A stretch of 35,040 bases of DNA from Macrostomum lignano (taxonomy: Eukaryota), in assembly GCA_002269645.1 (NCBI GenBank), contig NIVC01004786.1, positions 1-35,040 of the forward strand. Direction: 5' to 3'. Position numbers and translations under genes: made by a program. The notes beneath the pieces are model-generated. The model searched no databases. It saw only the letters and a list, made by a program, of their open reading frames with translations, and was not told the origin of the DNA. Below are positions 10,849-19,700 of the stretch, in pieces. Every line of letters starts with the position of its first letter. Position 1 is the stretch's first letter.

Positions 10849-13284
10849 GTCTGCCTGTCTGTGTGTCTGTCTGTCTGTGTGTCTGTCTGTCTGCCTGTCT
10901 ATCTGTCTGTCTGTCTGTCTGTGCGGCAGCATGAAGCAAAGGCACAACTCACGGTTTAGCAAAGTCGAACAGGTGTGGTCCGCTGCCTCGCAAATTCTTA
11001 TAAGTGTCCTTCAGAAGATTCTGGAATTCCCAAGACATTCAAAGTAATTATATATAAAAACATTAACTTTTTATTGGGTCACTGGCTCAATCCCATATTT
11101 TAAGAAATTTTTTGAACAAGAATTGCATTCTACATTAGCTACTACGAGGGGCGTACCGAAAGTTTTGAGATACGCCGAAACCACAAATATCTGAAGCAAA
11201 ATTTCTGTCACAATTTTTTGAAGTAGTTGCCACCAGCTTGCACGCATTTCCTCATCCGGTGAAACCACTGCGTTCAGGCTCCAGCCCACTGTTCTTCTGG
11301 CACTGCTGACACCACCTGCTCGAACTCGAATCTTGCTGCTTTAGGGCTCTCAAACCGAGTCCCACGCAGTTGGATCTTCACCAAAGGGAAGGGAAAGAAG
11401 TCGCAGGGTGCCAGGTCAGGGAATATGCTGGATGCGTCCAACTGGACTTCATTCTCGGCCAGAAATGCCAATGTTGCAACAGCCATGTGCGCACTGGCAT
11501 TGTTGTGGTGCAGCAGCAGGCCACGAAGTCCGGTGCGCAGCCGGCGTCTGCGCCACGCATCGAGCACGAGCGGCAGGCACTGGTTAGTATACCAGTCGGC
11601 ATTGACTGTCCGCCTGTTTTGGAGCGCTACAGTCGCCAATTGGCCGGCCTGGCTGAAGAAAGTCGCCACCATCTGCTTCCCGACGCTGCGGGCCCGCTTA
11701 ACTTTCGTTGGAGTGGCATCGTCCGGAAGGAGCCAAACTGCAGAATGCTGCTTGGTTTCCGGGTCGTGCTGGCAGACCCAGGTCTCTTCGCCACTGATGA
11801 TCTCCCAGCATCACTTTGAAGTCCCAGAATCAAATCTTTCCAGCATAAACTCGCACCAAAGCACCCTCTCCGCTTTCTGGTCTCCGTTAGGTTGTGGGCA
11901 CCCAGCGGGCACACCGCTTGGAGGCTCCCAGCTTGTCGTGCAGGATGGTCGTAACTGCTGCCGATCCAATGCCGAGAGCCTCTCTGACCTATGCACAGGT
12001 CACTCGCCGGTCCTCGTCAATCATTCTTCGGACAGCAGCGATGTTTTCGTCCGTGACAGCGGAAGCTGGACGTTCCGTCCGAGGCTCGTCATCAAGGCTG
12101 CTTCGGCCCCACTTACATTCGCTGTACCACCGAAAAAACTATGGCACGTGAAGGGGCTTGATCTCCAAAGACAGCATGTAAAGTTTCAACGCACTGCTCC
12201 TACGTGAGACCTTTTCGCTGGTTGTAAACAATCATGACTCGAAAGTCGCGATTTGTCACTTCATTGGAGCAAGTACAGTTTGGTAGGGGGTATCGTTTTT
12301 AAGGATGTGATTGTGAAAGATTGACAAAAGCGCAAAGGCTGAAAATTAATACTCAATCATCTTAAAGGTGGTACAGTATGTAAATAAAAATTCCTGCAGT
12401 TGTGATTTATGAGTCAGCCGTATCTCAAAACTTTCAGTACGCCCCTCGTATAGTTAATAGCTAGCTAGTAGCTAGGCCTTTCCATTTGCTTATTTCCGCT
12501 ACACTGACTGCTACAAGAGCTCCATGAAATGCTTTCGCTACGTTCATTAATTAACAAGCCAGGCTGTCTATCTAATAAGGAAGAGAACTGAGAGTTTTCA
12601 ATAAATTTAATTCATACTACTCAGAAAGTTCATATGGTAAGTAGGCAGTGCGAATTTTAACTCTTTTTTGGCACTCACCCGAACATCCACGTTGCTGGGG
12701 CCGCCAGCAGCGCAAGCGCCGGCGCCGCCGCTGAAGCTGCTCTCCTCCTCCAGCAGCAGACAGTCGTCGTCTTCGTCGTCCCCGGGAAACGATGAGGCTC
12801 CCCCAGCATCGCTAGCAAAGCTGTCAACGTGGCCGAGAGTCTGCTGATGAAGCTGCTGGTGCTGCTGTTCCAGCTTCACGCCGAGTAGCGGCTCCTTCGG
12901 CTCCAATTTGCACGGCCGCTTTGCCGACGGCGGACTGGCGCCATCGCCGGCGCCAGCAGCAGCGGCAGCACTGGAGCAACTGGCCGCGGCTGAGTGATGC
13001 TGGCGGAGACTCTGCTGCTGCTGTTGCAGCTGCTGCAGCTGTTCCTGCAGCTCCCGATTGGAGGACTGCACCTGACCAGCGCACGGCTGCATCACATCAA
13101 CAGCCTGGTGCTGCAGGTTGCAGATGAGGCGCACAGCGGCCACCAGTTCGTCCAGCGTCATGCTGTCCAGCAGCATGCCGGCATTGAGCAGAGTGGACTC
13201 AAACAGGGTCAGCGCGGAGAATGAGGACTGAGCAGCTGACGGCTGCTGCTGATGATGGATAGGTAGCACGGATGCGGCAGACAT
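3165..13284 (-). CDS. Paralogue A of an uncharacterised C14orf93/DUF4616-like family with an internal cassette-exon array (~395 aa per isoform)
   Basis: Constant exons 13284-12679 (MSAAS..NVDVR|gtgagt), 11020-10953 ([23 protein letters not shown]), 10455-10361 ([31 protein letters not shown]|gtaagt), one cassette from 8872-4175, last exon 3497-3165 ([38 protein letters not shown]). All junctions are GT-AG and phase-consistent; every exon is homologous to paralogues B and C. Confidence 0.85.
3756..4137. repeat. Intronic minisatellite, 34 bp unit
   Basis: GACATTGGGGATTGAGTAGCGGAGCTCACTCA(T/G)G tandem copies. Confidence 0.9.
4175..4260 (-). CDS. Paralogue A cassette exon A9 (86 nt): (S)[28 protein letters not shown]
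   Basis: attttcag|GC..CGG|gtgaga; phase 1 in, phase 0 out; open; homologous to the other cassettes. Confidence 0.85.
4496..4660. repeat. Degenerate tandem repeat, ~2.5 copies of ~75 bp
   Basis: GGCCCAGTGTCAATGTACATT.GTGGGGCTTGTG.CAGTTCAG recurs. Confidence 0.7.
4738..4832 (-). CDS. Paralogue A cassette exon A8 (95 nt): (T)[31 protein letters not shown]
   Basis: ttcccccag|CT..TCG|gtaatt; phase 1/0; C-terminal half aligns with A6/A7 without gaps. Confidence 0.75.
4946..5031 (-). CDS. Paralogue A cassette exon A7 (86 nt): (T)[28 protein letters not shown]
   Basis: ttattttag|CT..GTG|gtcagt; phase 1/0; clear duplicate of A6. Confidence 0.88.
5376..5461 (-). pseudogene. Possible dead or poison cassette (86 nt, in-frame TAA)
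   Basis: attag|CT..TAT|gtattc gives exactly 86 nt and phase 1/0, but [27 protein letters not shown] shows little similarity to the others and the donor is weak. Confidence 0.3.
5793..5878 (-). CDS. Paralogue A cassette exon A6 (86 nt): (T)[28 protein letters not shown]
   Basis: atattttag|CC..GTG|gttagt; phase 1/0; shares VLSNRR with A1. Confidence 0.88.
6068..6630. repeat. Intronic minisatellite, 33 bp unit
   Basis: TCAGGTGTTCAGGACTAACCTAGCTGTTCAGTC, ~16 near-perfect copies. Confidence 0.95.
6688..6772 (-). CDS. Paralogue A cassette exon A5 (85 nt as assembled; 86 if a G is missing at the donor): (K)[28 protein letters not shown]
   Basis: ttttaaactag|AG..AAAGT|gtaagc; restoring GTG|gtaagc gives 28 codons like its siblings; peptide closely resembles A3/A4. 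Confidence 0.72.
6915..7009 (-). CDS. Paralogue A cassette exon A4 (95 nt): (K)[31 protein letters not shown]
   Basis: cgtcag|AG..AAT|gtaagc; phase 1/0; RKSAKKSGR is shared with A5/A9. Confidence 0.85.
7159..7244 (-). CDS. Paralogue A cassette exon A3 (86 nt): (S)[28 protein letters not shown]
   Basis: ccgtcag|GC..ACA|gtaaat; phase 1/0. Confidence 0.83.
7375..7460 (-). CDS. Paralogue A cassette exon A2 (86 nt): (T)[28 protein letters not shown]
   Basis: ctcacgcag|CC..GCT|gtaagt; phase 1/0; same length, more divergent peptide. Confidence 0.75.
7664..8385. repeat. Intronic minisatellite, ~39 bp unit
   Basis: GATGACTAGCGTCTGTCTAAATGTACATAGGGTTGGGGT, ~18 copies. Confidence 0.95.
8483..8568 (-). 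pseudogene. Possible dead or poison cassette (86 nt, in-frame TGA)
   Basis: cctggtag|TT..CAA|gtaagg; 86 nt, phase 1/0; [27 protein letters not shown]; strong donor but weak acceptor and weak similarity. Confidence 0.35.
8787..8872 (-). CDS. Paralogue A cassette exon A1 (86 nt): (T)[28 protein letters not shown]
   Basis: ttttgcag|CC..ATG|gtgagt; phase 1/0; an in-frame upstream acceptor at 8911 is also possible; FYRRTM mirrors FIRRLM of B4. Confidence 0.83.
8975..9790. repeat. Intronic minisatellite, 28 bp unit
   Basis: CTGGGAGGCTGGCCCAGCAACTGAGGAT, ~29 copies; source of three spurious long ORFs. Confidence 0.95.
10488..10922. repeat. (TGTC)n microsatellite with a derived 24 bp higher-order unit
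   Basis: Fills most of paralogue A intron 10952-10456. Confidence 0.95.
11145..12448 (-). mobile_element. Full-length (1304 bp) defective mariner transposon, irritans/Hsmar2-like TIR
   Basis: 30 bp TIRs CGAGGGGCGTAC(C/T)GAAAGTTTTGAGATACG (1 mismatch), TA duplication at 11143-44 and 12449-50. Minus-strand transposase remnants: HTH region, [32 protein letters not shown]. Several stops and frameshifts. Sits in intron 1 of paralogue A. Confidence 0.95.
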
Positions 13285-13984
13285 GACTCTGGTTGACAAT
13301 TGTCTTCAGTGTTGAACAAATGGACAAAGGGCTTGGAGAGTTAGATATTGCTGGCTGGAAAAATTGCAGCAATAAAGTATTTTTTACATGCCTGACATGT
13401 CCGCTTAAACTACTGACTAATGAGTAGCTTGAAGGAGTATTACTACTCGCATGAGAAATACAAGTGCGGGGTGGGTCCTAAACTGACCAGCAAGGTTTTT
13501 ATAAGTTTTATTATGCAACGATTTTGTAAAAATCGAGTTCATGTTCTATGCTACTTACTAAGTAGCTTAACTAACTTTCTTTTGTAAGATAGTAAAAGAA
13601 AAAAGGAAATAAAAATTAACTATTATATTTTTACAAGGACAGTAAATTTGTTGTATAAAACAACAAATTAAATGTCAATAGTCATTTGCTTTCAATTAAA
13701 ACTTAAAGATAAATATTTATAACAAAATTTACAATAATATTAGCAAACTCGTGCAGAATTCGGACACGAAAAAGCACATTGAACTAAATGCAAAGTAAGA
13801 CAGATTACCACTTGTTGACAACATTACGTAACGAAATCAGTTGATGATTAATCACGTAAGGAAATTATGGTTACTAAGTACAGCAGATAGGATAACTTAT
13901 TGATATGAATGCATTAAAAACTGAGAACTACAAATAAGAGATTACAGGATAGGACATAAATGAATACGAGTATTAGAATATGGT

Positions 13985-14286
13985 TTAGAGAATGGGGGCC
14001 TGGAGGAGAGGAGTTGTGTACACTAGGATAGGTGTTAAAGAATGGGGGCCCTGGAGGGGAGGAGTGTGTACGCTGGGATAGGGGTTCGAGAATGGGGGCC
14101 TGGGGGAGAGGTGTGTACAATAGAATAGGGGTTAAAGAATGGGGCCTAGAGGAGTATGTACACTGGGATAGGGATTAGAGAATGGGGGCATGGGATAGGG
14201 ATTAGAGAATGGGGGCCTGGAGGAGAGGAGTGTGTACATTGGGATAGGGATTAGAGAATGGGGGCCTGGAGGAGAGGAGTGTGTAC
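13985..14286. repeat. ~49 bp minisatellite, left part; continues at 16198-16320 after a transposon insertion
   Basis: GGGATAGGGGTTAGAGAATGGGGGCCTGGAGGAGAGAAGTGTGTACACT copies on both sides of the element. Confidence 0.85.
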
Positions 14287-16197
14287 CCCGCCGGGCTGAA
14301 TTTAGCCGTCTTTTATCCGATGCGTTGTCCGGAGTTTAATCCGGCAGGAATAGCAAATTTACATGCAAAAAAACGGACGAAAACCGGACGAAAAGTTTAC
14401 AAAACGGATGAAAGTGTTGAAAATATGACGTTTATCCGGTTTGGTATCCGGCTGTGTGTCCGGTTATTGCCCGATAAGTAATCCGGAGGAAGCCGGATGG
14501 GAGAGCGGAGCCAATTCCGGATGAAAACCGGATGAAATGTATGGATGTTACAGCCGGATAAGAAACCGGAGCCATTTCCGGATCAAATGTATGGATACCT
14601 GTATACTGTCGTCGGATAATAATGGATATTCTAGATGCTTATTACTCAGCCTTAATTTGTGCTCTTTACAGCGGCTTCCAAAGGTTTGGCACAAAAATTG
14701 CACTATGTGGCGGCTATTATAGCTACGGCTCCTGCTCCTATCTATAGCTGCTGCTCCTGCTATGATTCTGCTCGTATCTGTATGAACAAGCGAGGAGCTC
14801 TAGAGAAGCTTACTAGTAGAAAGCTTTCGGCAGGGGCGCGTCCAGAGGTTTCAGGATGGGGGGCCGATCAGGAGAGGGGAGAGAAGAGAGAGGAAGGATG
14901 AAAGAAGAGAGAAGAGATGAGATAGGAGAGATGAAAGAGGGGAAAGGAGAGATGAGAGAGCAGAGACAAGAAATGTGACAGTAGAGCTAGAACAGAGGAG
15001 AGAGGAGAGGGAAGAGAAATATGTGAGAGCAGACATGAGAGACAGTGGGAGACAAGTGGAGTGGATGGGAGGAGAAAGGAGAAAAAAGGGGGGAGAATCG
15101 AGAGGACAAGAAGAGAGGGGAAGGGAGAGAAGAGGGAGGAGAGGAAAGAGAAGAATGGAGAAGGGAGAGAGTAGAAAGAAGAGGAGATGGGAGAGCAGGA
15201 GAGGTGAGAGATGAGAGGGAGGAGAGAGTAGAGACGAAAGAGAAGAGGTGAGGGAAGATGGACGAGAGAAGAGGGGAGATATAAGCGAAAATAATTCCGG
15301 GGATCAGAATTCCACATGTTCAAAATCCGCGGGTTTCAACAGCTAAGGTAAAAAAACTGAAAGTGGGGGGCCAATGGGGGCCATGGCTTTACAGGGGGGG
15401 CCTGGGCCCCCTAGCCCCCCCCCTTGGACGGGCCACTGGCTTTCGGTAATTAAAACAGAGGATTATAAAGGCTTTAATCGAAACAGTAAGGCGATCTATA
15501 TAACTTTTATCCCAACACATACATGGGCGAATGCCGCTGAAAAAAATTGTAGGGCCAGCGCCAGTTTAATTAGATGCAAATATTTCCAACGGGTATTGTA
15601 AACAGTACAATAAATAGACATGGCATGATCAATAAAATTTCCTGTCAACATTGATGCCCGGTGGCATCTGGTTAATAGATTCGGGTACAGAAGTAAACAA
15701 CGGGCACATGTCCAATCGGCAGTCTTTTCCGTGGTATTTGAGCCGCAGTCCGCGTTTTGCTTCTCCCGGTCCATTTTTGAGCCTTGTGCGCTGAAAATTG
15801 ACATTGACTTCAAGTGAACTCCCTCATCCGGATTTTGTCCGTTTCACTATCCGGAAGTTTATCACTGTAAGCCGGATTCACAGCCGGATAAAAAACCGGA
15901 ACAACTCCGGGTAGAAAGTTATGATTCATCCGACTTTCATCCGCTTCTTATTCCGGTTGGCAGTCCGGTTTTCATCCGCTGATCGACCGGAGCAGGAATC
16001 GGACACAATCCGGATAAAATGTGATCAATAAAAACACTTTAATCCGGTTTTGCTCCGGAGTTTCCTCCGTTTGTTAGTCCGGTAAGAACTGCCGGATCAA
16101 AACCGGATAAAAATTCATTTTCGTCCGGAAAAGTCTAAAATTACGGATTAAACCGGATGAAGGCCGGGTAAATACCGGGTACCGACAGCCAGGCGGG
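14287..16197. mobile_element. Non-autonomous CMC/EnSpm-like DNA transposon
   Basis: Termini CCCGCC(G/T)GGCTG...CAGCCAGGCGGG, 2 bp target duplication AC (14285-86, 16198-99) inside the minisatellite unit GTGTAC|ATTGGG, and many subterminal TCCGG/CCGGA repeats. CCC termini with a 2 bp TSD are typical of animal EnSpm. Confidence 0.78.
14831..15438. mobile_element. hAT-type MITE nested in the EnSpm-like element
   Basis: Imperfect 15 bp TIRs CAG(G/T)GGC(G/C)CGTCCA(G/A); perfect 8 bp TSD GCTTTCGG (14823-30, 15439-46); internal GA-rich tract. Confidence 0.85.
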
Positions 16198-16718
16198 ACA
16201 TTGGGATAGGGGTTAGAGAATGGGGGCCTGGAGGAGAGAAGTGTGTACACTGGGATAGGGGTTAGAGAATGGGGGCCTGGAGGAGAGAAGTGTGTACATT
16301 GGGATAGGGGTTAGAGAATGAAGGTCCAAAGAAAGAGAGGTTAATGGTTTAACAGGAGCGTGAATGTGTACCATACACCCAGGATAGTCGTAGAGGTTAA
16401 GAGAATGGGTGAAAATGATATAGATAGCACACAACGATGCTACAATACTATATTTTCAAACAATCAATAGATTATTAACATTATTATACGTTTGGAGGAT
16501 TAAAAATTGCACAATTTCAGCTGTTAATTGCAATACTCGTTGTACAATATAGTTATAGTTATAGTTACTTCAGACTTAACTGAATGTGAACACAAAACTA
16601 TGGTATAAAAGCTTACATTAACTGCTACCAAATATTAAACAAGATGGACCATTAAACTTTGAATCAATGAACAGACTCAAGCCCATCTATTGACACTATC
16701 GATGTTAATTTTTAACTG

Positions 16719-19700
16719 CTACACCCCATAGCTCTCCTCGCCGTCTCCGCTGCCGCCGCCGGGCAGAGCCTGCCAGGCGGGATTCCTGGCCCAGGTCAGG
16801 CTGTCAGGCGGAGGCGGCCGGTTGGACAGCACAGCCGGATCGCGCTGCACCCGGCTGATCTCGGCCCGCTGCTTGTCATCGGCCAGCCTGGCTAGGAAAG
16901 TTTCGTCTAATTTCTGCTTCACAGCTCGCAGCTCGTCGCTCTCCCATGGCAACGAGCGGACCTTCATCTCAGAGTCTAAATCTGTGCCGCCCTCCTCATC
17001 CGAGCTGGTGTAGTCTCTGGTTAGCACGCTCTCGAATTTCGTTTGGGCAGACGGATCCAGCTCGTCCTTAATGAGCTCGTAGCTCTTCTGCCGCCTGTTC
17101 AGCTTCTATAGGCGGACAGTGGGAATTGGCAGGTTGGTTATCCAGGTTAATTGCATAAAGCGGCCGAGTGTGAAGAATGGAGCATCCACTCTCATCATTG
17201 CAGAGGAGTGACACACTAATATGAAAAGTGAAACAGTCACTGCAGAGGAGTGACACACTAATATGGAGAGTGAAACAGTCATTGCAGAGGAGTGACACAC
17301 TAATATGGAGAGTGAAACAGTCACTGCAGAGGAGTGACACACAAATATGAAGAGTGAAACAGTCACTGCAGAGGAGTGACATACTAATATGAAGAGTGAA
17401 ACAGTCACTGCAGAAGAGTGACACACTAATATGGAGAGTGAAACAGTCACTGCAGAGGAGTGACACACTAATATGAAAAGTGAAACAGTCACTGCAGAGG
17501 AGTGACACACTAATATGGAGAGTGAAACAGTCACTGCAGAGGAGTGACACACTAATATGGAGAGTGAAACAGTCACTGCAGAGGAGTGACACACAAATAT
17601 GAAGAGTGAAACAGTCACTGCAGAGGAGTGACATACTAATATGAAGAGTGAAACAGTCACAGCAGAGGAGTGACACACTAATATGAAGAGTGAAACAGTC
17701 ATTGCAGAGGAGTGACACACTAATATGGAGAGTGAAACAGTCACTGCAGAGGAGTGACACACTAATATGGAGAGTGAAACAGTCACTGCAGAGGAGTGAC
17801 ACACTAATATGAAGAGTGAAACAGTCACTGCAGAGGAGTGACACACTAATATGGAGAGTGAAGCAGTCACTGCAGAGGAGTGACACACTAATATGGAGAG
17901 TGAAGCAGTCACTGCAGAGGAGTGACACACTAATATGAAGAGTGAAACAGTCATTGCAGAGGAGTGACACACTAATATGGAGAGTGAAACAGTCACTGCA
18001 GAGGAGTGACACACTAATATGGAGAGTGAAACAGTCACTGCAGAGGAGTGACACACTAATATGGAAAGCGAAACACCTACAACTGAGACACAGAGCGAGA
18101 TCAGGTGGAGATAGTACATGCAGTAAAATCGCAGGAGTGGCGCAACGTCTTTGGCAACAACGGCCCACATCTGTTACTAAGGCAACTCAGCCCATTTCGC
18201 TGACTCCTGAGGCTAAGATTCGGAAAATCGTAGAAAAAATGCCATTAAATGGCGAGCAGGTGAAAAATCACAGACCATTAATCGCCGTATGAATCGCTGG
18301 GTGTCCACATTCTTAACAACATTTCTGAACGGATACTTGAGATTCTTGGCGTAATAGTAGCGAAAGTACTTCACTGCTAGGGCTAAAAACAAACAAACAA
18401 GGATAGATAACCAACGCTAGACGCATTCGGATTAGAGAATGGCAGGACGGGCTGGTGCAGGCTGGTGGCTTCTATCTGGCCTATCCTAGCTTCTTTTTTC
18501 TTCTTCAAAAATTCAAAACAGATTTAACAAACGCACCAGACTCTGCCGCACGATATTCATTGTGTCAAGCTCGCGTTTGCGCAGCTTATAAGCCGAGCGC
18601 AAGTTTTTACTATAGTGGCCGCCGAAATAACGCCTGGCTGCGTCTGAACAGTAATTCATTATGTATGATTATTAAGTTATCAATGTTCTAACTGGCTAGG
18701 TTCATTTGGATCGTTTGCAGGGCTGTTGTGCACTGTGCAGACAGCACAATATCTATTCCATTCCCAACTTTTAGCTGATAATTGGTCACGCGTTTGGCTA
18801 AAAATTATGAAGCTACGTTATGGTTACGAGTTATTCAACTATTTGTTTTAACTAAAATTGGCCTTAAAATCGGTGCAGCAAAGTGGCTGCGTATCATCTT
18901 GTACGAGTACAGCTACTTACCATTCTTTCTTTTCTGTGAACACTCACGAACAGTCGCAGTCATTCCCATTAGACACTCGCAATCCTTCCCGTGAACAGTC
19001 GCAATCATTCCCGTGAACATTCGCAATCATTCCCGTGAACAGTCGCAATCCTTCCCGTGAACAGTCGCAATCATTCCCGTGAACACTCGCAATCATTCCC
19101 GTGAACAGTCGTAATCCTTCCCGTGAACAGTCGCAGTCATTCCCGTGAACAGTCGTAATCCTTCCCGTGAACAGTCGCAGTCATTCCCGTGAACAGTCGC
19201 AGTCATTCCCGTGAACAGTCACAGTCATTCCCGTGAACAGTCGTAATCCTTCCCGTGAACAGTCGCAGTCATTCCCGTGAACAGTCGCAATCATTCCCGT
19301 GAGACACTCACAAGTGAGGCTGATACGCGAAAAGAAGGCCGATGCCGTTTGAGATGCTGGTATTGCCAGTTCTTGTAATACTGAGGACTGAGATAGCGAT
19401 GGCTCTTGGCTGGACAAGCAAATTTGAATTTAGCATTGAGCTGTGTTGTTGCCTTTCAGAACTAGCAACAGGAAAACCCGAAGCGCTGGTACAAAAGAAG
19501 ACTACAGGCATCGCAGGGTCTTGTGCGCTTAAATTGGAATTAGCTCTTTTACGGCATTGCTTACCAGAAACAGGTTGACAGAAGTTTTCATTTTCTCCTT
19601 CTGAAAGCCGTACTTCTGAGCCGGTTTCAAGGTGGACGTATAATAAATCCGCAGGTATTTGTTGTAAACCGAGTCTGCGCGATAAGACCGCGTGCCAGCC

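Noticed and set aside
17068-18170. 354 and 366 aa Cys/His-rich ORFs (SDCFTLHISVSLLC)n
   Set aside because: 42 bp minisatellite read-through; not a zinc-finger or metallothionein gene.
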